64,000 bases of DNA from contig JBGAIQ010000006.1 of NCBI GenBank assembly GCA_044225365.1, positions 75,874 to 139,873 of the forward strand, written 5' to 3'. The position numbers and the translations under genes were made by a program. Within the stretch, counting starts at the first letter, position 1, and every line of letters starts with the position of its first letter. A model generated the notes under the pieces. That model searched no databases, was not told the origin of the DNA, and saw only the letters and a program-made list of their open reading frames with translations. This document shows, piece by piece, positions 10,152-19,578 of the stretch. The DNA comes from Planctomycetota bacterium (GTDB lineage Bacteria > Planctomycetota > B15-G4 > JADJEK01).

Positions 10152-11764
10152 TGGATCGATGGACTCTTTGCGCCGCATTCCTCGCCCTTGCGATCCCACG
10201 TTCCGTTCACGCGGGTCCGCAGAAACCGCAAGCGATGTCGGAGGGCCTCAAGGGCTACATCCACATGAACGTCCCTGCGCCCGACGCAGGCGATTTCGGC
10301 TTTGGCATCGGTTTCTATGCGACCGCCTGGCCCTTGGTCGAGAAGCCCATCGCCGACTTCCAGATCGGGTTGCCCTCGACTTGGATCATCCCGGACAATC
10401 GCGATTTCGATCTGCCGCTCTGTCCCAAGGGCACGATCGCGCGCGACCATTGGCCGGAGCGCGGGCCGTCGTATCGCGACGTGTTCCAGACGATCGAAGG
10501 CGGACTCGGGTTCTGGGCGAGCACGCAGTTCGGCAGTGCGACCGCGAAGTACCGCATGAACGGCACGACGAATTGTTATTCGCACGAGATCTCGTCGCCC
10601 CTCTTCGGCTTCGGTCGGCCCGACGCGCTGCGCGAGGACCAACTCGGAATCGCTCAGCTCAGCAATCGATTGCTCGTACCGCCCGACGGACTCACGTTCG
10701 AAACAGGCACGAACGGAGAAGTCTTCGGCAACGCGTGGTTGGCGCTCCCCATCGTCCCCCGTACGAAGGAGAGCGGCGACGAGAGCTGGACGCTCTTCGT
10801 GCGCGCGACGAACTACAAGGGTCCGCTGGCGTTCTACATACCGAACGCGTGGAGCGCGATCGCGAAGGGCAACGACAACGCGGCGGGACGCACGCTCGAT
10901 GCCAAAGCCGGGCTCATGAGCGGCGGAGCGATGGAGGTGAACACCGTCCCGCGATTCGTCGGCCGCGACGCGAAAGGAGTGGAGTACTCGAAGGTGCCGA
11001 GGCTTCAGTTCCCCGTCGACGAGGAAGGCCACACCGTGCTGATGCAGGACGTGGCGATGTACTCGAAGGCCGCGCTGTTCGAGCCGTTCGCCGCGTGGTT
11101 GAAGGGCGAGGGCTCGCTCGACAAGGCCTTCGATGCGCAGTCGGCATATTTCCCGAAATGCGGAACCGACCCGATCGAATTGCGACAGGGACCAGGCAAC
11201 CTGCGACTCACGGGACTCGACGGCATCGTCGAGACGACGATGCTCGGAACGTCGACCTTCGGCCTGTCGTGGAAGAAGCGCGGGAGCGGTGCCGGAATGG
11301 CGTCGTTCCCCGAGTACTTCAAGCGGGACGGTGAAGTGATGATCGCCGTCTCGAGGAGTGAAGTCCCGAAGGAGACGGGACTCGTCGAAGCCGAGTTCCT
11401 TCCCGCTCGTCGCGGCCGGCCCTACGTCGCACCCGTTACGAAGAACACCGTCTGGACCGACCCCGGGCCCGCGGCAGGACCGTTCACCCGTCCACTCTCG
11501 GACGGCAGCGTCGTGACGTTCTACTGGTACCGTTTCGTCGATCAGCCTTCGATCCGCGCTTTCCACTTCTCCCCGCAGGAGCAAGAACGAATGCAAGCGA
11601 TCGCGGAGCGCGTCCACGGATTCTGGGCGAAGTCGGAACTGACGTTGCCGCCGCCCTCGCGCGGAAAGCTCGCAAAGCTCGACTCCGCTCTCCTCGTCGC
11701 GCCGCCGAAGGGACTCGAGGTCGGCTACGTCCCGATCGTGACCGGTCAGGCAGCGAAGGACTGA
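10148..11764 (+). CDS. secreted hypothetical protein
   Basis: It is 538 aa with a signal peptide (MMDRWTLCAAFLALAIPRSVHA). It is translationally coupled to the upstream methyltransferase. It has no recognisable domain. Confidence 0.6.
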   Translation: MMDRWTLCAAFLALAIPRSVHAGPQKPQAMSEGLKGYIHMNVPAPDAGDFGFGIGFYATAWPLVEKPIADFQIGLPSTWIIPDNRDFDLPLCPKGTIARDHWPERGPSYRDVFQTIEGGLGFWASTQFGSATAKYRMNGTTNCYSHEISSPLFGFGRPDALREDQLGIAQLSNRLLVPPDGLTFETGTNGEVFGNAWLALPIVPRTKESGDESWTLFVRATNYKGPLAFYIPNAWSAIAKGNDNAAGRTLDAKAGLMSGGAMEVNTVPRFVGRDAKGVEYSKVPRLQFPVDEEGHTVLMQDVAMYSKAALFEPFAAWLKGEGSLDKAFDAQSAYFPKCGTDPIELRQGPGNLRLTGLDGIVETTMLGTSTFGLSWKKRGSGAGMASFPEYFKRDGEVMIAVSRSEVPKETGLVEAEFLPARRGRPYVAPVTKNTVWTDPGPAAGPFTRPLSDGSVVTFYWYRFVDQPSIRAFHFSPQEQERMQAIAERVHGFWAKSELTLPPPSRGKLAKLDSALLVAPPKGLEVGYVPIVTGQAAKD

Positions 11765-11861
11765 ATCTTCGCGCACGATTCTTCTGGATCGCGCGTTCCT
11801 TGCATTCCGGACGTCGACCTCCGACAATCCTCCGCGACCTCGACCGTGGGAGCGCTCGCCG

Positions 11862-14800
11862 ATGACCGAACCAACGAGGGTGCGCGCGCTCTTCGAACGC
11901 GCCCTCCGCCTCCCCGCCGCCGAACGCGTGGCTTTCGTGCTGCGCGAAGCGAACAACGATGCCGACCTCGCCTACGCGGTGATCTTCCTGCTCGAGAGCG
12001 CTCCGCAATCCGGAGCACCGAAGACGGTGCAAGTCGACGCCTCGCTCGCCTCGCGCCTGAAGGCCGCGTTCGGAAAGGACCTCGACCCCAAGGTCTCCCT
12101 CGCAGGCGACGACTCTCGCATGGGCGATTCGTCCCTCCTCGACAACCTCCTGAATCGAACGGCGACGACGTCGCGCTACGACTTCGGCGATGAGATCGCG
12201 CGCGGCGGAATGGGCGCGATCTCGCGCGTCTACGACCGGGATCTGCGACGCCATATCGCGATGAAAGTCATGCTCGACGACGATCCATCGCGGCTCGCAC
12301 GGTTCCTCGAGGAAGCACAGGTCACCGGGCAGCTCGATCATCCGAACATCGTGCCGGTGCATGAACTCGGCATCGACGCCAGTAGCCGAGTCTTCTTCAC
12401 GATGAAGCTGGTGAAGGGCGAGACCCTGAACGACGTCTTCGCGAAGGTCGTGAATCAGGTCGATGGCTGGAACCTCACACGCGCGCTGTCCGTGATCCTG
12501 CGCGTCTGCGAAGCGATGGCGTTCGCTCATGCCAAGGGCGTTTTGCATCGCGACATCAAGCCCGCCAACGTCATGGTCGGTCGCTTCGGCGAGGTGTACG
12601 TGATGGATTGGGGCCTCGCCCGCGTGATCGGTCGCGCGGACACTCGCGATCTTCGGCTCAAGCCCGACGAGGGTCAGAGCGTCGTGCGCACCGAACGACG
12701 CGACATGGCGAGCGACACGCCGGACTCGCCGCTCATCACGATGGAAGGCATGGTCATGGGCACGCCGAGTTACATGCCCCCGGAACAAGCGGAGGGGACG
12801 ATCGACTCGATTGGCCCGCATTCGGACGTCTACGCCGTCGGTGCGATCCTCTATCGCCTGCTCTCCGGCTGCGAGCCGTATCGCGAGCCCGGTTCGCGGA
12901 TGTCGAGCCATCAGATCCTGAATCGGGTGATCGCCGGCCCACCTCGGCCGGTGCATGAGATCGCGAAGGACATCTCCGCGGAGTTGCTCGCCATTCAAGA
13001 GAAGGCGATGGCGCGACGAATCGAAGACCGATATCCCTCGATGACCGCGCTCGGAGACGACCTTCGCGCGTATCTCGAGAACCGCGTCGTTTCGGCCCAT
13101 GCGACGGGCGCGATCGCGGAACTGAGGAAATGGGTGCAGCGCAACCCCGCTCTCGCGGCGGCGGCGAGCGTGCTCGTTCTCGTTCTCGCCGCCGCAACGG
13201 CGATCGTGACTCAGCAGAAGCGAGAAGTCGATTCGAAGAACATCGCGCTGGGACGAGCGAACGACGAGATCACCGCGCGGAAGTCCGAGGTGGAGGGCCA
13301 GAAGCGGATCGTCGACGCGAAGATCCGCGAGTTCGACCAGCTCGCGGGAAAGGTCCATCTCGAACGAGCGATCGCGCGCGAGAAGGACCTGTATCCGCCG
13401 TGGCCTGAGAAGGTCGATCCGATGCAACGTTGGCTCGCGGAGGATGCGAAGCGTCTCCTCGATCTGAAGCCGACTTTGGAGCGGACGCTCGCGGACCTTC
13501 GTTCGCGGGCGATGCCGCCGAGCGATGCGGAGCGAGAGAACGCGCGAAGGACGCATCCGAGGTCCCACGAACTCGACATCCTGCGACATCGACTGGAATG
13601 GCTGCGGACTCGCAAGACGACAAGCAGCCGTGGAGCATCGCAGGACGATCCACTGCTGCCTTCCCCCATCGAGTCGAAGCGTGCCATCGAGTGGAATGCC
13701 TACGCGTGGAAACGAGTCGATCCGGACGCCTCGAAGCGATTGTTCGGAGAGGAGCGACTCGCGCTCGCCGCGATACGGGGCGCCGTCGCGAAGATCGAAA
13801 CGGGCGATACCTCGATGTCGCTCGCCGCCGCGCTCGACACTCTCGCCTGGGCTTACGTCGCGAACGGACTCGACGAGGAAGCGCGAACCGCTTCGGCCCG
13901 TGCACTCGAGTTGGCGCCCCCCAACAAGAAGGCCGATTATCGATCGGCGACCGAGGCGCTCGAAGCGGCGATCGCCGCGCTCCTCGGAGAGGCCGGAGCG
14001 AATCTGGAGTCGACTCTCGAGTCGCAGATCGCCGCGCTCGAGTCCGAGATCGACTCGAATCGGGCGTGCTCGTTCGCGCTCGAATCCGAAACGTTCCTCT
14101 ATTCGGCGCTGTCGGACCTCGCAACTTCGATCGCCACCTTCGAGACCGGCACGCGCGCCGACGTCGAGAAGCGCCTCGCGTGGGCGATGCACATCGACGA
14201 TCTCACGAAGCACCACCCGAACGCGAGACACACGTGGGAAGAAGCGCGAGCGGCGATCGCGAAGGCCGACGACGTCGTGGCTTCGAAACTCTACGCCTCG
14301 TCCTTGGGTGCGGGCGGGCCGATCGATCTGCAACCTCAGCCGGGCCTCGTTCCGATCGGGATGAATCCGATCACCAAGCTGTGGGAGTTCTACGAACTGC
14401 GTTCGGCGTGCGATCTGGCGGCGGGTCAGGACCCGGCGACGATCGAGATCCCGACCCATCGAGCCGACGGCTCGATCGAGGTGAAGGACGGCACGGGGAT
14501 CGTGTTCGTGCTCCTGCCGGGCGGCAGATTCCTCCAAGGCGCCCAGGTCGGTGATCGCAACGCGTCGAACTTCGACCCGAACGCGGACAGCGACGAATGG
14601 CCACAAGAGGTGACGCTCGCCCCGTTCTTCCTCGCGCGACACGAAATGACGCGAGCCCAGTGGTATCGCCTTTCGAACGGCGAGGAGCCGTCGACGAACG
14701 CTCGCAATATCGCGTTTCCCAACGATCCGCCGATCGGATGGTGTCATCCGGTCGAAAGCGTCGAATGGACGATGTGCCGCGACTTGTTCGCACGGCACGG

Positions 14801-15299
14801 AATGACCCTTCCGACCGAAGCGCGCTGGGAGTACGCCGCCCGCGGAGGCACCACTTCGGTGTGGTGGACCGGCGAGGAACCCGCGTCACTGGCCGGCGCC
14901 GCGAACGTCCTCGATCTTCGGGCGACGAAGGCGAACCCGAACTGGGGAATCCAGAGCGGCGATTTCGACGACGGCTTCATCGGATCGTGTCGCGTCGGTT
15001 CGCTGCGTGCGAACGGCTTCGGGCTCCACGACGTGGTCGGCAACGTGTGGGAGTGGTGCCTCGACACCTACGACGATCACTACGGTCCCGCGCGGAGCGG
15101 CGATGGCTTGCGAATCGTCGATGCTTCGCTGCCGCCGTACAAGATCTACCGCGGCGGCAGCTACTACATCACAGCGTCGGTCGCACGATCCGCGGACCGC
15201 AACCGAATGGCGCCGAGTGCGCGCAATGCGAATGTCGGAGTGCGGCCCGCTCGGGATTTGTTGCTTGCGGGCGATTCGCGATCGAGTAACGAGCACTGA
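11862..15299 (+). CDS. serine/threonine protein kinase fused to a C-terminal formylglycine-generating-enzyme (FGE/SUMF1)-like domain
   Basis: It has Hanks kinase motifs (IAMKV, HRDIKPANVMV, DWGLAR, PPEQAEG). A central TM helix (ALAAAASVLVLVLAAATAIV) and a coiled-coil follow. The C-terminal FGE-sulfatase domain shows WEWCLDTYDDHYGP and RGGSYYITASVARSADRNRMAPSARNANVGVRPA. The 1104-aa antisense ORF 11484..14798 is rejected. Confidence 0.85.
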   Translation: MTEPTRVRALFERALRLPAAERVAFVLREANNDADLAYAVIFLLESAPQSGAPKTVQVDASLASRLKAAFGKDLDPKVSLAGDDSRMGDSSLLDNLLNRTATTSRYDFGDEIARGGMGAISRVYDRDLRRHIAMKVMLDDDPSRLARFLEEAQVTGQLDHPNIVPVHELGIDASSRVFFTMKLVKGETLNDVFAKVVNQVDGWNLTRALSVILRVCEAMAFAHAKGVLHRDIKPANVMVGRFGEVYVMDWGLARVIGRADTRDLRLKPDEGQSVVRTERRDMASDTPDSPLITMEGMVMGTPSYMPPEQAEGTIDSIGPHSDVYAVGAILYRLLSGCEPYREPGSRMSSHQILNRVIAGPPRPVHEIAKDISAELLAIQEKAMARRIEDRYPSMTALGDDLRAYLENRVVSAHATGAIAELRKWVQRNPALAAAASVLVLVLAAATAIVTQQKREVDSKNIALGRANDEITARKSEVEGQKRIVDAKIREFDQLAGKVHLERAIAREKDLYPPWPEKVDPMQRWLAEDAKRLLDLKPTLERTLADLRSRAMPPSDAERENARRTHPRSHELDILRHRLEWLRTRKTTSSRGASQDDPLLPSPIESKRAIEWNAYAWKRVDPDASKRLFGEERLALAAIRGAVAKIETGDTSMSLAAALDTLAWAYVANGLDEEARTASARALELAPPNKKADYRSATEALEAAIAALLGEAGANLESTLESQIAALESEIDSNRACSFALESETFLYSALSDLATSIATFETGTRADVEKRLAWAMHIDDLTKHHPNARHTWEEARAAIAKADDVVASKLYASSLGAGGPIDLQPQPGLVPIGMNPITKLWEFYELRSACDLAAGQDPATIEIPTHRADGSIEVKDGTGIVFVLLPGGRFLQGAQVGDRNASNFDPNADSDEWPQEVTLAPFFLARHEMTRAQWYRLSNGEEPSTNARNIAFPNDPPIGWCHPVESVEWTMCRDLFARHGMTLPTEARWEYAARGGTTSVWWTGEEPASLAGAANVLDLRATKANPNWGIQSGDFDDGFIGSCRVGSLRANGFGLHDVVGNVWEWCLDTYDDHYGPARSGDGLRIVDASLPPYKIYRGGSYYITASVARSADRNRMAPSARNANVGVRPARDLLLAGDSRSSNEH

Positions 15300-15313
15300 G
15301 GGCGCGCCGCGCC

Positions 15314-16570
15314 TCAATGAGCGTGATATAGATAACAGTCGACCTTTCCGTTCGACTCCAAGAGATCGACGCTCGACGCGAAGAAGACCCACTCACCGTT
15401 CGCCGAGGCTTGGAACGTGAAGTAAGCATCGTTCAGATCCTGCCCAGGACTTTGGGCGACGATCCATCGCTCGCCCGATTCGAGATCGAACTCGTAGATC
15501 CCCGACACCAACGTGCCCGAAGCCGTCGTCTTGTATTGGACCGCGGTCATGAGGCGTTTGCCGTCGTTGCTGATCGTCGCCCTCGCCACGTAGAAGTCGT
15601 CGCTCATCCCCGGCATCGAGACGTCGATCGGCCGCAGCTCGGACTTCTTGCGATCGAAGAGGATGATGTTGCCGGGATTCAGCGGGAAACCGAGGTTGAG
15701 GGAGGAGGTGTACATCACCACGAACTGCCCATTCCGCGAGTTCGCCATGAGCGCGCTGCTCGACGCGCCTTGGATGCCGGAAGGGTTCTTCGTGACGAGC
15801 GTCGTCGTCGCGAGCTTGCGATCGCGCATGTAGATCTGGAAGCTCGTGCCGAATCCGAGATTCGTCGCATTCGACGAGAAGAAGACGAACCGCGCGTCTC
15901 CGGACATCGAGACGTCGTAGATGTAGCTGTCGAGCGCCAGCCCTTGCTGGTTCACGGTGACGAGTTCCGTCGTTCCCGTCTTCACGTCGTGGAGGTAGCC
16001 GCGATTCGTGTAGGAAGACGAGTTGGAGAGCATGTTGTTCGAACTCGTGTGGAACAGGATGAAGCGCCCATCCTCCGAGATCGTGTCGAGGTATGCGTCG
16101 GAGTTGGCGACTTCGCCGTTCGGCCCGATCGAGACGTGACGAAGCTCCCCGGTCTTGGTGTCCCGCCAGAACACGCGGGGCGACCCGCCGGGCGGACCCG
16201 AGAGCCCGAGCGAGGACTCGCACACGAACGCGACATACCGACCCGACTTGCTGAGACGTGAATTCCAGCAGTCGAGGTTCGCGAGCTGCCCGCCCACCAT
16301 CTTCGAGAGTACCGCTCCGGGCGCTCCACTGCGCTTGAAGCCGATCACCTGATCGAATCCGTTGTACGTCCCCGGCCCGAAGTTCGACGCGGTCGTGGTG
16401 AGCGCCAGCTTCTTGCCATTGCTCGTGATCTGGGGCGAGAACGAGTGATCGTTTCCGGCATTGCCGTCGCTCGCCTTGGAAATCAGCGCATAGTTGCCGG
16501 GCTTGATCTGCGCGGCAGGAGCGAGCGACGAGAGACCGAGTGCGACGAGGGCGGAGCAGGCGAGACGCAT
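15314..16570 (-). CDS. secreted TolB-like beta-propeller (PD40/WD40-like repeat) protein
   Basis: It has a signal peptide (MRLACSALVALGLSSLAPAA). It contains repeated S.DG..F.S / GxxDxY blades typical of PD40 propellers. Confidence 0.6.
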   Translation of the reverse strand: MRLACSALVALGLSSLAPAAQIKPGNYALISKASDGNAGNDHSFSPQITSNGKKLALTTTASNFGPGTYNGFDQVIGFKRSGAPGAVLSKMVGGQLANLDCWNSRLSKSGRYVAFVCESSLGLSGPPGGSPRVFWRDTKTGELRHVSIGPNGEVANSDAYLDTISEDGRFILFHTSSNNMLSNSSSYTNRGYLHDVKTGTTELVTVNQQGLALDSYIYDVSMSGDARFVFFSSNATNLGFGTSFQIYMRDRKLATTTLVTKNPSGIQGASSSALMANSRNGQFVVMYTSSLNLGFPLNPGNIILFDRKKSELRPIDVSMPGMSDDFYVARATISNDGKRLMTAVQYKTTASGTLVSGIYEFDLESGERWIVAQSPGQDLNDAYFTFQASANGEWVFFASSVDLLESNGKVDCYLYHAH

Positions 16571-16844
16571 GGGAGCGGACTCCGAAGGATCGAGAACGTG
16601 TCTACGAACCTGTGGATCCAGGCGGCACGCCCGACCGACCCTTGGATTCTCGGAAGTTCCTCCGCGGCCGGACGCGTCGAACCCGCCACGGCGGCACCGG
16701 CGTCTCCAAATTCGGGCCCTGAAGCGTGTTGAGACACGCCAACTGGCGGAGTCGTCCTGAACGAACGGGGCAGGCTCGTCGATCGTTGAGGTTCCAAACG
16801 CGTTCTCGTTGGCGTTTAGTCATACTCAACGATAATCTTCCGGC

Positions 16845-17999
16845 ATGAACTCGAGACCGGACTGGACCCGTCGAATCGAAGATGCCTGGCGACGGAAATC
16901 CGTCGTCTGGCTCCAGGGCGTGCGCCGCTCCGGAAAGACGACGGTCTGCCAGCAACTCGACGGAATCGAGTACTTCGATTGCGAACTGCCACGCATTCGG
17001 CGTCGACTCGAGGACCCCGAGGCGTTCCTCGCCGACATGCGCGGCCGTCGAGTCGTGCTCGACGAAGTCCATCGCCTACCGAATCCGGCGGAGCTCTTGA
17101 AGATCGCGGCCGATCATCACCCGCGAACACGAGTGCTCGCCACGGGCTCGTCGACCCTGACGGCCTCGGCGCGCTTTCGTGACACGCTTGCCGGCCGCAA
17201 GGCCGAAGTCTGGCTCACGCCAATGATGGTCTCCGAGGGCGAATCGTTCGGCAACGCGAGCCTGCGCCATCGCCTGATTCGTGGCGGTCTGCCCCCTTTC
17301 TTCCTCGCCGAGGAATTCCCTGAGCGCGACTTCCAGGAGTGGATGGACGCCTACTGGGCAAAGGACATCCAGGAGCTGTTCCGGCTGGAGCGGCGTGCCT
17401 CGTTCCAGCGATTCATCGAACTGCTGCTCACGGACAGCGGATGCATGTTCGAAGCCACTCGATTCTCGCGAGTCTGTGAGGTCAGCCGCCAGACGATCCA
17501 GAACTACCTCGCGGTGCTCGACTCGACGTTCATCGCTCATGTGATTCGGCCGTTCTCGGGACGTCGCGCACGAGAGATCATCGCCGCTCCGAAGGTCTAC
17601 GGCTTCGACACGGGATTCGTCGCGTATCACCGCGGGTGGCACGAACTGAGGGACGCCGATCTCGGCCCACTGTGGGAACATCTCGTACTGAATGAGATGC
17701 ACGCTGCGATGCAATCTCGCGACATCCAGTACTGGCGCGACAAACAGGGTCACGAGATCGATTTCGTTCTGCCACGTCGTGGCGGTCGCCCCATCGCGAT
17801 CGAATGCAAGTGGTCGGCGAGCAAGTTCGACCCTGCGAATCTGCGGATCTTCCGGCGGCTCTACCCGGAAGGCGCGAACTACCTCGTGGCGCAAGACGTC
17901 GAGCGCGCGTCGACCCGAACCTTCGACGGATTGAAGGTCGAGGTCGTGAGTGTCGATGGCCTTGTGGAACGAATTCCGTTCGGGCCCAATAAGCCGTGA
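16845..17999 (+). CDS. AAA-family ATPase with a C-terminal DUF4143 (PD-(D/E)xK-like) domain
   Basis: Walker A is GVRRSGKTT and Walker B is VVLDEVH. The C-terminal region EIDFVLPRRGGRPIAIECKWS resembles a D...ExK nuclease motif. Confidence 0.8.
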   Translation: MNSRPDWTRRIEDAWRRKSVVWLQGVRRSGKTTVCQQLDGIEYFDCELPRIRRRLEDPEAFLADMRGRRVVLDEVHRLPNPAELLKIAADHHPRTRVLATGSSTLTASARFRDTLAGRKAEVWLTPMMVSEGESFGNASLRHRLIRGGLPPFFLAEEFPERDFQEWMDAYWAKDIQELFRLERRASFQRFIELLLTDSGCMFEATRFSRVCEVSRQTIQNYLAVLDSTFIAHVIRPFSGRRAREIIAAPKVYGFDTGFVAYHRGWHELRDADLGPLWEHLVLNEMHAAMQSRDIQYWRDKQGHEIDFVLPRRGGRPIAIECKWSASKFDPANLRIFRRLYPEGANYLVAQDVERASTRTFDGLKVEVVSVDGLVERIPFGPNKP

Positions 18000-18482
18000 C
18001 CCCGCCACGGCAGGAGGGTCGGCGCGCGAGGGTTTCGGGGTGACATTGACGGCCGATCGGGTGAGAACTGCGGTCCGCGACAGCGTTGAACCTCGTGTCA
18101 CCGCGGCGGTCGCCGCCTCGGACGGCTCGTTCGCCAAGCGGTTCGAACCGCTACCGCTTGGCGGACGAATTCGCCAAGGGCGACGTGGGCAAGATCGACA
18201 AGGTCTTCAACCAAGATTTGCGCCTCACGCTCGCGTTCGACACCGGTTGAACATGTCGGCCGAGGACCGAGACCGAAGCAGATGCGTCGGGACGATGAGG
18301 ACAGAGGAGGAATAGGAATTCGGATCCAAACGGACGCGAGCGCGCACCTTCGCACGTGCGCGCCTCATCCGCGCAGTCGGCCTCGGTTCGGCGAAGAGCC
18401 GCGGGAATCGCTCTTTGCGCGCCAGGCACGATCTTTCACGGCATTTCTCGTCACCGCGTCGTCGCGGCCGCGATTCAGCGGC

Positions 18483-19334
18483 ATGGAAAACGTGGCGGCG
18501 GCGATCGACTGGTCGCGCGGCTTTCAACTCGAGACGGTTGGCCTCGCGCCCGATGCGCTCGAATCGAAGACCTCCACGAAATACCCCGATCGGGTGTACC
18601 GCGTCTGGCTCCACGGCGGCGAGCGCGTCGTGCTCCTCTTGCACTTCGAGTTCGAAGCCGGAAGGAAGCGCGATTTTCCATTGCGAGTCGCGATCTACCG
18701 CATGCGATTGTTCCTGAAGCACCGCGAGAGGATCTTCACCCTCGCCCTGCTCCTCGACGCGGACCCGAGATATCGCCCCAGTGAATTCATCGACGAAGTC
18801 TTCGACAACGAAGTGCGCGTCCGCTTTCGTTCCGTGAAGCTGCTCGATTTCGTCGGCCGCGAGGATGAGCTGATCGATTCAGGCAATCCGGCGCAAGTCC
18901 TGGTCGCGATCAAGCTGATCGATCTGACGACGCATGACCCGAACGCGCGCTACCGGGAGAAGGTGCGCCTGCTCCGCAAGCTCGTCACGATCATGCGGGG
19001 ATCTTCGACCCAGCGCGCATTGACTCGGTTCTTGATCCAGGGGATCATGATCTCGCGGTTGCGCGATCGCGAGTTCCACGAAGAAGTCCTGAGAGTGGAG
19101 CAGGAGTTTCACATGCCGTTCGTCACGATCTACGAGAAGGAAGCCGAGGAGCGGGGGAGCTTGCAAAGCAAACGCGACGCCGTGGAGCGCATCCTTCGTG
19201 CTCGCTTCGCGGAAATTCCAACTCGAACGATCGAGCGAATTCGAGCCATCGACGACCTCGCACGTCTGGACGACTTGCTCGTCCGCGCCGCGACTTCCGT
19301 CGCCATCGCAGACTTCACCGCAGCGCTCGACTGA
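18483..19334 (+). CDS. Rpn-family recombination-promoting nuclease / putative transposase (YhgA-like), copy 1
   Basis: Core motifs are KYPDRVYRVWLHGGERVVLLLHFEFEAGRKRDFPLRVAIYRMRLF and a C-terminal DUF4351-like helix region. The ORF is intact. Relative to copy 2 it lacks 31 codons in-frame after MEN (DELRSASQHDEYWKDAFDQFLPELLRFLAPD), which removes the conserved N-terminal motif. Confidence 0.7.
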   Translation: MENVAAAIDWSRGFQLETVGLAPDALESKTSTKYPDRVYRVWLHGGERVVLLLHFEFEAGRKRDFPLRVAIYRMRLFLKHRERIFTLALLLDADPRYRPSEFIDEVFDNEVRVRFRSVKLLDFVGREDELIDSGNPAQVLVAIKLIDLTTHDPNARYREKVRLLRKLVTIMRGSSTQRALTRFLIQGIMISRLRDREFHEEVLRVEQEFHMPFVTIYEKEAEERGSLQSKRDAVERILRARFAEIPTRTIERIRAIDDLARLDDLLVRAATSVAIADFTAALD

Positions 19335-19578
19335 TCGCCGCGCATCGAGGTCGGCAGGGCCCACGAGCGGTAGGCTCCAACCTCTCAATCGCCTGCCGCA
19401 ATGATCTCGCACGAGTTGGATCGAAGTGGACGCGAGCGCGCACCTCCGCACGTGCGCGCCTCATCCGCGCAGTCGGCCTCGGTTCGGCGAAGAGCCGCGG
19501 GAATCGCTCTTTGCGCGCCAGGCACGATCTTTCACGGCATTTCTCGTCACCGCGTCGTCGCGGCCGCGATTCAGCGGC

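Noticed and set aside
9971-11956. 661-aa minus-strand ORF antisense to the methyltransferase and secreted-protein genes
   Set aside because: It is Arg-rich low-complexity. The sense genes have a signal peptide and methyltransferase motifs and are translationally coupled.
11484-14798. 1104-aa ORF on the minus strand, antisense to the kinase-FGE gene
   Set aside because: Its composition is Arg/Ala/Gly-dominated with no motifs. The sense strand carries unambiguous kinase and FGE motifs. Long antisense ORFs are expected at about 70% GC.
18137-18153. tRNA T-arm look-alike (agcgg-ttcgaac-ccgct, matching the TTCRANY loop consensus)
   Set aside because: No acceptor stem, D-arm or anticodon arm can be built around it. 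It is the core of a longer perfect palindrome instead.
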